From positions 53,534,907-53,581,046 of the forward strand of contig NC_068992.1 of the NCBI RefSeq assembly GCF_001194135.2: a stretch of 46,140 bases of DNA, read 5' to 3'. Position numbers and translations under genes: made by a program. The notes beneath the pieces are model-generated. The model was not told the DNA's origin and made no database searches. It saw nothing but the letters and a program-made list of their open reading frames with translations. The DNA comes from Octopus bimaculoides. Taxonomy: Eukaryota. Numbering within the stretch: the first letter of the stretch is position 1; each line of letters opens with the position of its first letter. This document shows, piece after piece, positions 12,535-25,600 of the stretch.

Positions 12535-13601
12535 CACTGTAGTCAAAAAGGAGAAAATGTCTACGGTCGTGTCGAAAGACTTAAATGCCACATATTTGCC
12601 AAAAGGAGCAAAGGCCACTTTATGTTTGAAAGGGAGAAATCTACACTGATTTAGAAAGATATCTATCAGTCTCAAATTAAGTAGAGTTTGTACATTCGAT
12701 TGATATATTGATGTCTATATTTGGATCTGTTGGATCTGGTCTGAATATCTACCACATACTTGTAGTCGTTAACTATGGAATTCTATTAAAAAAAAAAAAA
12801 AAACGTATGAAAGAACTTCACTGCATAACACAGTAGGTTTTTGGTGATCAACAAAACATGACTATGTGATGCCTAGTCAGAGCTAGCAGCACTGGTCTGT
12901 ATAAAAGTCTTTCCCGGAAAACATTTCAAATGTAAAAGGTATCCAAATTTATGTTGATTTATTCAGATACATTACTATGTCATTAATTAAGGATTCAGAG
13001 TTTAATAACAGCTACTTATGTTGGCATATTGTTCATCAAACCGGAAATGTTATATCTGATGGAAAATTAAACAGTTTAAAAAACTTTATTAGATTAATGA
13101 AATTATTCAAAGTAAAATGATGAAGCAGCATTTATGGTGACGCTAAAGTTGTTGACGAAAACACTGGAGCCCCAAAAGAATTTGCTAATAAGAGGAGAGA
13201 GAGAGAGAGAGAGAAGGAAAATGAGATCCTTTGATGAATATGAGAGAAGTGATGCATATATTAATTCTGCCGACGAGGATAGGCTGAAGATACAAGTATT
13301 TTACGCCATATTTCATTCGGCCATTTCAAATAATGCAGGACGGTTCAATACTGCATCACATTTCAATAATTTATTTATATTCATTTGGGAATATCCTGAA
13401 ATAGCAAATGGCTAGATTGAGCTCAATGTTAATCAATTGTGTTAAATATACATTATCGATATAATGAAAGTTGAAATATTCCATTTAAAATCAATACATA
13501 AATAAAATGTTTATCCAACCCCAATTCCAACAATTAAATTATTAAACAAACTTACTGAGCTGAATCTTCAAGTAGCATTCCCTAATGAATTTATAGCATT
13601 T
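12535..13601 (+). pseudogene. Fossil hAT-superfamily transposase (ZMYM1-like / hAT dimerisation type), frameshifted
   Basis: Colinear remnants: GENVYGRVERLKCHIFAKRSKGHFMF (~12550-12627, like ASNMSG...L.AHI..KN.KA.FV); W*STKHDYV (12842, like RWSARHDAV); RRKMRSFDEYERSDAYINSADEDRLKIQVFYAIFHSAISNNAGRFNTASHFNNLFIFIW (13212-13390, like RKKRQFDE...F...F..I.D.AIS....RF......LF.FL); IKLLNKLTELNLQVAFPNEFIAF (13533-13601, like LL.....L...FPN..IAL). Truncated by an assembly gap. Confidence 0.75.
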
Positions 13602-14440
13602 CATATATATGTNNNNNNNNNNNNNNNNNNNNNNNNNNNNNNNNNNNNNNNNNNNNNNNNNNNNNNNNNNNNNNNNNNNNNNNNNNNNNNNNNNNNNNNN
13701 NNNNNNNNNNNNNNNNNNNNNNNNNNNNNNNNNNNNNNNNNNNNNNNNNNNNNNNNNNNNNNNNNNNNNNNNNNNNNNNNNNNNNNNNNNNNNNNNNNNN
13801 NNNNNNNNNNNNNNNNNNNNNNNNNNNNNNNNNNNNNNNNNNNNNNNNNNNNNNNNNNNNNNNNNNNNNNNNNNNNNNNNNNNNNNNNNNNNNNNNNNNN
13901 NNNNNNNNNNNNNNNNNNNNNNNNNNNNNNNNNNNNNNNNNNNNNNNNNNNNNNNNNNNNNNNNNNNNNNNNNNNNNNNNNNNNNNNNNNNNNNNNNNNN
14001 NNNNNNNNNNNNNNNNNNNNNNNNNNNNNNNNNNNNNNNNNNNNNNNNNNNNNNNNNNNNNNNNNNNNNNNNNNNNNNNNNNNNNNNNNNNNNNNNNNNN
14101 NNNNNNNNNNNNNNNNNNNNNNNNNNNNNNNNNNNNNNNNNNNNNNNNNNNNNNNNNNNNNNNNNNNNNNNNNNNNNNNNNNNNNNNNNNNNNNNNNNNN
14201 NNNNNNNNNNNNNNNNNNNNNNNNNNNNNNNNNNNNNNNNNNNNNNNNNNNNNNNNNNNNNNNNNNNNNNNNNNNNNNNNNNNNNNNNNNNNNNNNNNNN
14301 NNNNNNNNNNNNNNNNNNNNNNNNNNNNNNNNNNNNNNNNNNNNNNNNNNNNNNNNNNNNNNNNNNNNNNNNNNNNNNNNNNNNNNNNNNNNNNNNNNNN
14401 NNNNNNNNNNNNNNNNNNNNNNNNNNNNNNNNNNNNNNNN

Positions 14441-14473
<33 letters not shown>

Positions 14474-14490
14474 AATGTATATATATCTAT

Positions 14491-14700
14491 GTGCGTGTCT
14501 GTGTGTCTGTGTTTGTCCTCCACCACCACTTGACAACTGGTGTCGATGCGCTTACGCCCCCATAACTTGGCAGTTCATCAAAAGAACCTATAGAAGAAGT
14601 ATTAAGCTTAAAAATAATAAGTCCGTCCTGGGGTCGATTTGTTTGATTAAAGCCCTTCAAGGTGGTGCCCCGGCATCACTGCAGTCTGACGACGGAAATA
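14491..14700 (+). mobile_element. SINE family A, 3' half (5' half probably in the gap)
   Basis: gtgtctgtgtttgtcctccaccaccacttgacaac...cataacttggcagttc...gtcctggggtcgatttg...ggtggtgccccggcat. Confidence 0.8.
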
Positions 14701-15205
14701 TTCAGTGTGAATAGATATTGCTACGGCGAGGTAATATGCAGTAGGTTTAAATTGAAACATTTTATACTGAATAATTTATTAACTGACTGGTCTAGTTGTT
14801 TGTGGTTGCACGTAAAGTATGGCTGTTGTACGAATATAAATTTAACACAAATATTAAATAGATTATAGAGGGTCAAAGAAGAATATATATATTTAATCAG
14901 AGAATGTAAATTGATACATAGAAAGGAAGATAATTGAAAGAAATTTAGAAATATAGATAGATTGTTTCTGAAAATGATAATTGTATTATATGTACATTGA
15001 TATAATTGTTGTCATTGTCTACAAACGTGTGCATAACTTACAGAACATAACATGCGTAAACAAATATCGTAGGAGTATGAAACTCGAATTAAATGTATTC
15101 AGTTTAAGTAAACCATATTTAACATGCGTCGAGTACGCTCTTCCTCATTGATGTAATATGTCTGTGTGTGTGTGTTTGTGTGTGTGTGTGTTTGTTTGTG
15201 TGTGC

Positions 15206-15243
<38 letters not shown>

Positions 15244-15276
15244 TGTACATAGGTGAATACATAAGCACGAGAAAGC

Positions 15277-15357
15277 ATGCGCAGTCGTGGTTGTAGTAAG
15301 AAGCTTTCTTCCCATCCACATGGTCCCAGATTCAGTCCCACTGCGTGGTAACTTGAT
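15277..15357 (+). mobile_element. SINE family A head fragment
   Basis: gcgcagtcgtggttgtagtaagaagctttcttcccatccacatggtcccagattcagtcccactgcgtgg. Confidence 0.75.
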
Positions 15358-15641
15358 ANNNNNNNNNNNNNNNNNNNNNNNNNNNNNNNNNNNNNNNNNN
15401 NNNNNNNNNNNNNNNNNNNNNNNNNNNNNNNNNNNNNNNNNNNNNNNNNNNNNNNNNNATATATATACAATTAAAAGGGTAAAGGTTTGTCAATTTATTA
15501 ATTTATTTATAAATCAACAATTAATAATTTTTACCAAGCCCTTCGGGATGTAAACACCATTATCGGTGAACTTATTTAAAAGTTCTTATACATTTATAAA
15601 CATAATTAAGGGATCAGCAAACATTTGCTTCACCACATATG

Positions 15642-15685
<44 letters not shown>

Positions 15686-15686
15686 T

Positions 15687-15856
15687 CTTAGCGGTTCGGG
15701 AAAAGAGTGGTAGGATAAGTACTAGGCTTACAAAAAAGAAGTCCTCATGTCGATTTCTTCGACGGAAACCTTTTAAGGCGGTGCTCCAGCATTGCTGGAG
15801 TCAAATGTTGAAAAAGTAAAAGAATAAAAGAATAAAAGAATAAAAGAATAAAAGAT
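15687..15856 (+). mobile_element. SINE family A 3' fragment with (TAAAAGAA)n tail
   Basis: cttagcggttcgg...ataagtactaggcttaca...ggcggtgctccagcat...gtaaaagaataaaagaataaaagaataaaagaataaaaga. Confidence 0.85.
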
Positions 15857-17002
15857 TTCACTCATAGATATCAAGACAGGATCATATCAACATTATCTTT
15901 TTTATATGAAAAAAACATTACTGTGAAGTAGTAATGGCCGCGGAAATCATAATAAAACGTGTCATTGTATAATCATTTTTCCTATTACTTAAGACTAATC
16001 TATAACGTTCAAGCTATACTCTCGGAAATTGCGATAATTTAGAAAGTGTTCCATCACATAACAACCCATTTTTATAGTACAAATAAAATTCTAGAAAGGA
16101 AGTTGCAAAAAATTAAAAACCTTTCACCTCATTAAATTTTGACCTGTTGTAGAACGAGGGCGCCTGTATCTGGACACACGATCCGTTAGAAAACAAGAAC
16201 CAAATTTCACTCAACTAACACTACCGTTTTGAGAATAAAGAGAATTTTTGATCGCTTAGCAATAGATTACGCCTGACATGTCTGACCAAAAGAAGAGATA
16301 GACTTGAAACAATTGATGAATTGATGGATTGCTGGATCGCTAGAGATATAGAGATACAGACAATTGGATAGAGAGCCACGGAGGGATGCATAGATACAGA
16401 CAAAGTTTTGGGAAAACGGATGGGCAGACAAGCAAAATATAGTGTTATAATAACGCTAAGCTTTGTAGACTTTGTGATGGTCATGATTAGGAGATTTTTC
16501 ATTATTTAACTGGCTTCTCGGTTGGATCAGCAAGTGAGCTAAACACTAACTCCATTAACACCATCACCGAGATATCTCCACCACAAACAAATACAGCAAG
16601 CGAGAATTTACATAAGAGATTATAAATAATAGAGCTGCGAATAACAAAGCGTATTCAACCAACAAATATACAATATTAAACTCATATCATTGGTGTCTTC
16701 CATGGATTTTATACTTGTCTGAAACAATTTTCAAACGTAAAAGAAAGTTTGAAGTACTTCGACTATAGTAATCTACTTATTTAAGAGGTTATAACTTGGA
16801 AATTGGAATTGCATATTCATTTATGCATACCATAACATTATGCACATTCTAACACAAATTTATGCATGCACAATTACGCATACATCGGTGGTGTATGTGT
16901 GAGTGTGTGCAATGATGTAAATGTGTATGAAACCTATATATGTATATATGTATTATCACATATATATAAACCTCATACACATTTACATCATTATATGATG
17001 TG

Positions 17003-17062
<60 letters not shown>

Positions 17063-17071
17063 AAGATATAA

Positions 17072-17431
17072 AATTCTGGTCAGAGAGTGAGCAAAGGTTT
17101 CGTATTAACAAAAGCCACAGCCTTGTGGATAGCTCCTCAGACTCTGTACAAAGACAAACGGAATTAGAGTTTCTAACACAAGAACGTGAGAAAACGTTCA
17201 GATATCGAGATTTAAATGCTAACGTATAAAAATGTTAATGAGGACGGGTTTTTATGAGATTAACGTTTTTATGCTTTAGCCAATAAATCACGGTATCTGA
17301 GCCTTTCTTCACGTGCGCGTGGTAGAAATTTTTTTTTTTTTTTTTCTGTATATGTATTAAGTCTCATGACCTGTCCACAAGGCTGTGGCATTTGTGGATA
17401 CGAAACCTGTGGCATCTCTATGACTAGAATT
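17072..17431. repeat. ~360-bp diverged long inverted repeat (palindromic, MITE/foldback-like)
   Basis: Arms pair around a 19-nt spacer (17240-17258). 17197-17239 pairs with 17259-17301 (34 Watson-Crick, 4 G:U, 5 mismatches). 17114-17129 matches 17374-17389 at 16/16. 17095-17105 matches 17398-17408 at 11/11. Terminal aattctggtca pairs with tgactagaatt. Confidence 0.85.
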
Positions 17432-18287
17432 GAAATTTTTGTTTTGAACACTGCTTCTCTATTCTTTATAGAGTGTTTCTTTCCTGATATATGTTCTATT
17501 GACTATATATACATATACACATATGCACAGGCTGACACGCATATACAAATACATATACGCACACAACTGCACACGCATACATTTGTTTTTTTTTATCTGT
17601 ACAGAAGAGAGACAAACAATGAAAAGATGATAGAGGAAAGAAGGCAACGAAACGTGGAACAAGAGCAATGATATGTATATATATACAATTTGTAAACAGA
17701 GTTGCATACAAGTGTATGCATATGCATATATATATATGTATATAATTGCATACACACATAAACGCATTTATAATCTTAGACACATGCATCTATATAAACA
17801 TACGTACATATAGAGCTATGTACTCAAAACAAAAGCGAGAACTTATCAAACGCGATATATACAAACACATTTCAACACTAGCGATGTTTATAAATCTCCA
17901 TGTTTATTTATCTCAATGTCCATCAATGAAATATTGCCTTTTGTACAACCGATTCTCTTCCAAATTAGCTACCTATTCATTTCAATCTAAAAAAGTTTTA
18001 ACAGCTAACCTTTTTAAGGATTTTCGTTGAATACTTCATTAATTGGTGTCATATAATCATACACGTATTTGTTTGTGTGTTCGTGTATGTATATATGTAT
18101 GTATATAAACATTTGTGTGTTCGTAAATGTATATTTGCATATTTGTAATCATATTTATATATACTAACATATGTATATGTATATATGAATGTATGTACGT
18201 ATACACATACACACACACATATATATATTTGTATATATATTCACACGCACATATATATATAATATATATAATACATACAATATATAT

Positions 18288-18304
18288 AGATCGGAAGAGC
18301 GTCG
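18288..18304 (+). other. Illumina adapter remnant (assembly artefact)
   Basis: AGATCGGAAGAGCGTCG is the start of the Illumina adapter AGATCGGAAGAGCGTCGTGTAGGG and sits immediately before an N-gap. Confidence 0.92.
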
Positions 18305-20093
18305 NNNNNNNNNNNNNNNNNNNNNNNNNNNNNNNNNNNNNNNNNNNNNNNNNNNNNNNNNNNNNNNNNNNNNNNNNNNNNNNNNNNNNNNNNNNNNNNN
18401 NNNNNNNNNNNNNNNNNNNNNNNNNNNNNNNNNNNNNNNNNNNNNNNNNNNNNNNNNNNNNNNNNNNNNNNNNNNNNNNNNNNNNNNNNNNNNNNTATAA
18501 AATCTTCCCGTGTATGCATCTTTGAAGACACGAACACAGAAATATAATGACATGCATACGCATAATAGGCAGAGCTCATATATCTGCTTTTGATTTAAAA
18601 TTTGAGAGACAAATATTACTCTGTAGAAGCTGTTGTGTCTATTTAATTCTAGAAGCTCTTGAGTCTTTTTGCCCTTACTCCGATTTTCTAAACAAATATC
18701 ATTTCTATTCGTTGTCGCCTCAAAGATGACGATAGAAAGAATTTTTGGTTTGTAACTTCAATAATAATCTCTCTTACTCGAAGTTGTGTCCTTACAACAC
18801 TGCATGTGCGAAAGCCTCTAACAGATGTATGAAAGGAAATTAGTGTGGGCGCTCTTCGTCTGTGAAAACAATGGAAATTTTGAAGCAATTACGTGTCTAG
18901 AAATTATGCGGAATAGTGTACAACAGTCAGTTGAAAATTTTTGGTTGTGATGAAATAAATAATATTTGAAGAGTAATATGTTGAAGATCAAATAACGTTA
19001 AACTATAGTATCGGTTTTATTGCCTGTTGGGTTTATCAGAAAATTCAATCTAGACTGATCATCGAAACCCTCACTCAGGGATCGTTCACTATTACGTGTC
19101 ACATCTCATCGATGATAAACATTGTACGACCAGTTAAATAACGTTGCTGTTTGGGTACCTCACCCAAATTTGCTTTTATTTCGTCTAATGTCTAAAATGG
19201 ATAAAGACATAATATATTTCAAAAATAATTGAGTATCTCCTCAGAATCAAGCATTTGTAATACATAATCCAACAGTCAACATAATATATTAAATCTATTA
19301 TTAGACACAACACCCATTCACTTGCGGTACTTTTTTACCTCAACCTAAATGAGAGAGTTGTAAATGTGAAATCCAACAGTTGTGGAGATGCATAAGAAAC
19401 GCACACAGGGGAGCCAATAAACAAGAAAACTCAAGATAACAATGCCATAAGACAAGGAAAGAATACAGCGATGGCAACATCTATTAGATCCACAGAGCGG
19501 CGATGGTTTACTGAAAATGTTCATCAAATATACATTATATCCTGACCAACAATGCTTTTTATAGGAATGTATTGTGATTTTATGTCATCGTTTTAAAATA
19601 TTTAGCCGAGTTTCCGTAAGATCGGTATTAGAAGCGGTAACCGGAAATTAGTGGTCATTCTTAAAAATTCCTTTAAGTTCGTAATTTCGTAACTAGTGTT
19701 TCCGCGACCCAGAGGATTCTTGTAATATATTTGTAATTCTGAGATTATGGGAATCAATATATTTAGGTATGTGTTCCGTATGAGATTTTATTACATTACT
19801 TTATGTTATTTCAATAGATCTCAAGGTTAACAACATACAGATAGACAGAAATGCAAATAAAGTCGATAGATTATTCATTAGCAAGTTGTATACCAGCGCA
19901 GGAATGATTATATATACGTATATGTGTGTGTGTGCGTGTGATTGGGTGTGTGTGCGTGCGTTCGTGTGTATGTATGTATCTGTGTTTGGATATTTACGTT
20001 CCTTTTGGCTACATGAGCGAATGGTTAGGAGCAAAACACCGGTAGGGGAGAAGAGAAAAATTTCCACTCAAATTAATATATAGATTGGGTTAC

Positions 20094-20160
<67 letters not shown>

Positions 20161-20315
20161 TATGTATGTATGTATGTATGTATATGTATGTATGTATGTA
20201 TGTATATATATGTATGTATGTATGTATATGTATGTATTTACGTATGTATATACATGCATGTATGTATATATATGGTATATATATATATGTATATATTATA
20301 TATATATGTATATAT

Positions 20316-20351
<36 letters not shown>

Positions 20352-20969
20352 AATGTTGAGTCACACAGACGTTGAAAGGAATGGGGTGGAGATATGTAGA
20401 AATGTGCACACAGTATGCGTAAATTTCATAAGTAGATAGGAAGTTTGATTATGTGCCAGATGGATTGACAAAGTTTATATAACTTATAAAAACGTTGAAA
20501 ATACTGGTAATAGAAATGTATATAAATACTGCGAGAATTTTTTTAAAAAAAGAATTAGAGGTGTAAAGAAAGATATATAGGATCATAAGTTAAAAGTAAT
20601 AGTATTATATATTGTCATAAACACAGTTATAAAGACATAAAGCCATTTTGTTTTTCGTTTCTATGTCTGTGCGGTTTTATGTAAATATCTAGTGGACATG
20701 CCATGCAATAAAGTTGTATGCTGTAAATAAGTTCAGCATGGACTAAGCTTTAGTGTGATGGGCTCCAGTCGTAAGTTCTTGGTTTACAATAGTGAATCGA
20801 ACCGAGTGTATTATCTTTGGGTATAACACATCATTTCGAACCATGCCATTTATGCATCTGTAAACGAATACACGGCTATTTCAGACACAGCTCTTCCCAT
20901 TTCCTCTGTCTCTGTCAGTCTGCATGTCTCTCTGTTTGTCTGCCTCCCTCCGTCACCATCTCTCTCTTT

Positions 20970-21027
<58 letters not shown>

Positions 21028-21122
21028 NNNNNNNNNNNNNNNNNNNNNNNNNNNNNNNNNNNNNNNNNNNNNNNNNNNNNNNNNNNNNNNNNNNNNNNNN
21101 NNNNNNNNNNNNNNNNNNNNNN

Positions 21123-21185
<63 letters not shown>

Positions 21186-23077
21186 TTTCTCCTGTGTCAT
21201 TGTGTTAGTTCAAGTGGCGAAAATATGCCCATATATTCTCGGATATACATGAATACCTATATGCAATTAAACGAACGAAAACACAATTAAAAACTATCAG
21301 TGCATGCATTTTACATACATTAACACACACACACAAATAAGTTTATGCACCTACTTAAACACCGAACGCATGCGTACATGTATATACACATACTTAATCA
21401 CTTACTGATACTTAAATACTTACATCAGATGCATCCGCTTGTCTGACATGTTTCTAATCATGTATTTCTTATGTATAGTAAAGTACAGATAGGCATAAGT
21501 AAGTATGCCTGTATTACATGCACACATACATGTATGCGTATCTGTTTTTGTGTTTAGTGGATTGTCTGCCACGAACCTAGGCACTAAAATCCCAGTGTAT
21601 CAAAGCCAACAACTTAATCAGTAATGGCTGACAAGGACTGAACTGCTAGCTATTGCTATGGCATTATATTTTAGAATTAAGCTATCGGAAACGATAGATC
21701 TTAAATATACAAAATATAGAAGCTATAAAACATTGATTATATGATACATCGCTGGATATTTAGCTGTTCTATTACATAAAATTTTTCCAAAAATACAAAA
21801 GAAGTGTTGACATCGCGAATGGTTGGAATAAGAAACCGACTTGGATCCAAACAGTCATTTGCATATGACCGAAAATCATGACTCTTAGAAAGATAGGGAA
21901 ACTACCTTATGTATTGCTAAGTGGTATCTTTTATACATGCATGTGTGTTTGTGTATGTGTGTGTGTGTGTGTATGAGTGTGTATTTGATATAAGGTTTGT
22001 GCATGTATATGCTATTTATATATCTAAACTTGAAAAAGATGCACGCGTATGAATGTAATGTGTTCGCACGAATTTATCCTAGTGAGTTATCGTATTTTGA
22101 TGTATGTAAACCATGATGCATGTAAACCGTGGGGAAGAAGGAAAAGTTATGTAAATCACGCAACAAAAACAAAACATATCGAATAAATAAAATAAAGGTA
22201 ATAAAATTCCAAAATAGATACAAAAAAACAAAACAAAACAGAAAAACCACGCCAATAAAGAGTCATACGTTGAAGAGACATTTTGGTAAACATCCAAAAT
22301 GCTAATGTAACTGCAGCTTACACATTGTCAATATTGATTACATAGCATTGATGTATTCCTGTAGAAGAGAATCTCAGAGAAAGCAAAAGACAAGGAGAGA
22401 ATTGATGGGAAAGTAGCAAAGGAATAATTGATTAGTGTAAACTACAAGATGGCCCTTGACTACATTTTCTTCCTTTAATATGCCAACAGCACGCTGCCGG
22501 CAGACATTTTGAGTGACAGTATACATGTATGGGTACATACACAGAATTTCTTCTTTATGCAAGAATAAAAATATAAATATGTGCGTGTGTAAATTTATGG
22601 ATATATATATATATATATATATATATANNNNNNNNNNNNNNNNNNNNNNNNNNNNNNNNNNNNNNNNNNNNNNNNNNNNNNNNNNNNNNNNNNNNNNNNN
22701 NNNNNNNNNNNNNNNNNNNNNNNNNNNNNNNNNNNNNNNNNNNNNNNNNNNNNNNNNNNNNNNNNNNNNNNNNNNNNNNNNNNNNNNNNNNNNNNNNNNN
22801 NNNNNNNNNNNNNNNNNNNNNNNNNNNNNNNATATATATATATATATATATATATACAGCGCTTCAGTGGATTGCTAAATGCATACTACCGTGCCAAAGT
22901 ACACTCTGAGTTTGGGAAATTCATTGGTATAAAATTCTAGGCACTCCAGTGACTCCTATAGCAATTATATATCCTCTACATTGTGACCTATTTCTCTAGA
23001 CTCTAAAATGAAACGTACTAGCACTCATATGACTATATATATATATATATATATATGCCTTCCAGGTTTGGTTTGTT

Positions 23078-23482
23078 TATTCTTTTATACTTATATTCTT
23101 TTACGCGTTTCAGTCAACTTACTGCGATCGTGCTGTAGCACCACTTTAAAGAGATTTACCCCTGACTTATTCTTAGTAAGCCAAGTACTTATTTTATCAG
23201 CCCCTTATGCGGAATCGGTAAGTTATGGGGACATAGACACACCAATATCGGTTGTCAAGCGATGGTGAGGAGACAACACAGACACCCACACATAAATATA
23301 TGCCTATATATATATATACGATGGACCTCGTTCAGTTTCGGTCTACCAAATCTATTTACAAGGTTTTAGTCAACTCGAGGCTATAGAGGAAGACGTTTGT
23401 CCAAGGTATCACAGAATGGGACTGAACCCGAAACCATGTGGCTGAGTAGTAAACGTATTATCACACAACTACTCTTTCGCCT
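23078..23482 (-). mobile_element. SINE family A, full length, degenerate
   Basis: tattcttttac...gtttcagtca...gtagcacc...aagtacttatt...ggttgtcaagcgatggtg...ttcagtttcggtctaccaaatc...gggactgaacccgaaaccatgtgg...cacacaactactc. Confidence 0.85.
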
Positions 23483-23710
23483 ATATTGATGTGTAATGAA
23501 TGTTTTGCGCAGTCAATTAATTAAGAGCGAACTGGAAAAGAGTTGCCAAAAAATGTAGAATATTTCCTTCCTTTGGTAATAATTTCCCTGACTAATCCAT
23601 TTCCAAGGTAGCGTTTCAATTAAGGCTAATATGGGTGGTATTATAACCAGTTTGATTCCCCATGTAGATTTTCTGTCGCCGGGTTGTATTTGTGTGTATA
23701 CATACATACA

Positions 23711-23768
<58 letters not shown>

Positions 23769-23770
<2 letters not shown>

Positions 23771-24051
23771 AAAGCCTTGTGAGCGGATTTAGTAGACGCA
23801 AACTGAAAGAACCCCGCCGTATATTATATATACCTATGTGTTTGGGAGTCTGTGTTCATTCCCCCACCATCACTTGACAAACGATATTGGTGTGTTTACG
23901 TCACCGTAACATAGCGGTTTGGCAAAAGAAAGCGATAAAATAAGTACTAGTCTTACAAAATATAAGTTCTGGGGTCTATTTATTCGAATAAAGGCTGTGC
24001 TCCAGCATGGCCGCAGTCAAATGATTGAAGCAAGTAAAAGAATAAAAGAAT
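23769..24051 (+). mobile_element. SINE family A, lacking tRNA head
   Basis: ccaaagccttgtgagcggattt...actgaaagaaccc...ccaccatcacttgacaa...ataagtactagtcttaca...gtgctccagcatggccgcagtcaaatga...gtaaaagaataaaagaat. Confidence 0.88.
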
Positions 24052-24441
24052 GCATGTATGTATGTATGTGTGTGCGTGTGCGCGTGTGTGTGTGTGTTTA
24101 TGTACATATGTGTGCTAAAAATATGGCTGTCAGTGACGTGGTGACTATGACTGTTGCTGAGACATTAAGACCCATTTCTTTTGCTATTCCTAGCTGAACT
24201 TCCTAGACGGAACTGAGAAAGGTCGTGACAGATTGAGCATTCTTCCACTGGAGTGGCTGGCCGAAAGACGTTACTTTGTGAACTGTTGCATCTGCCTCTG
24301 GCATTTGTTAGTTGAAGCCTGTTTCTAGGCAACTACGGAATGTCTATCAAAGAGATAGCTTTCGAAACGCTGATACAGAGACAAAGAGGCCAGCCAACCC
24401 AGCTAGCCAACCAAATAAATAGACATTGACACAAAGATATA

Positions 24442-24486
<45 letters not shown>

Positions 24487-25471
24487 TCAAGACATAATAA
24501 TTTCGCCCTGGGTTGGGCAGTTTTACGCCAGTTGAAAACATCATATGTCAGCTACACTATGACCGCACTGTCTGATTGGATAAGTAGATTAACAAACAGA
24601 CAGACAGACAGACAGACAGGATTACGTAATGACATAATCATAACCTTAGAGTTCTTGTGTGCGTTTATACGAAGAAATCCTTTGTTCATGTTAAACGTAG
24701 CTAGCAACTATTTTATATTCATTATAAGGCAGCCATATTTATTTTTGCCTTCTAATCTACAGAGACAGCAAACATCAAACTTTACTGCTATATATATATA
24801 TTTCTGACAAGCACAGCAAATACGAAATGAAAAAGAGAAAAGAAAATTCAAATTTGCAAACAAACCTGTAAAACAAAGCAAGCGAAAACAAAACAAACAA
24901 AAAAAAAACTATTCAAATCTTATTTGTTACAACTTTAGAAAATCACAATGGAATACAAACAAACCAGGGTGAAACGTTATTGGAAACTGTGAAGGTGAAT
25001 GTTGAAACATAATATTATATAGAGGATAACACATGATGTTATATTGTTTGATATTTACTCGGTCTGGTTGTGATTGTGACTTAGCATGTATGATATGAAG
25101 CATTTCATGTCCAGCAGTTCATCAACTGTATTGTTTAGAAGTCTAGCGGTTACATACGTACCCATTCATATTATGTGTGTGTGTGTGCGTGTTTTATGTT
25201 TGTGTGTATTTTGTATGTGTGTGTGTGTGTGTGTCAAATGTAAGAAAATGTTTGCGTGATACTCTTTACTGGAAAGCCAGTACAACACTACCGTTTTCAA
25301 TAGTCTATCGGTTGTTACGTTGTGAAACTAATTTTTATATAGAAGGCACCTCTTAATGCTAATGGTAGGACACATTTTATATTTCGGCAAGATATACTTT
25401 CCTTAATGAATGGAATTGTATTATTTCAATGTGTCATGCAGACACTATATATACATACACACACACACACA

Positions 25472-25540
<69 letters not shown>

Positions 25541-25545
25541 TGAAG

Positions 25546-25600
25546 TTAAAGTGCTGCCCCAGCATGGCCATAGTCTAATGACTAAAACAAGTAAAAAGAA
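25546..25600 (+). mobile_element. SINE family A extreme 3' fragment
   Basis: gtgctgccccagcatggccatagtctaatgactaaaacaagtaaaaaga. Confidence 0.75.

Noticed and set aside
15530-15600. Minus-strand ccgataa...cgaag motif with an upstream hairpin, resembling a decayed Penelope-type hammerhead
   Set aside because: The core deviates from CUGANGA/GAAA and stems II and III do not pair convincingly.
17062-17229. 55-codon open frame EDIKFWSESEQRFR...RYRDLNANV
   Set aside because: It lies in the left arm of the palindrome, and the mirrored RYRDL on the other strand is explained by the inverted repeat. No splice signals.
24194-24328. Good acceptor then LNFLDGTEKGRDRLSILPLEW...
   Set aside because: No strong donor and no recognisable protein similarity.
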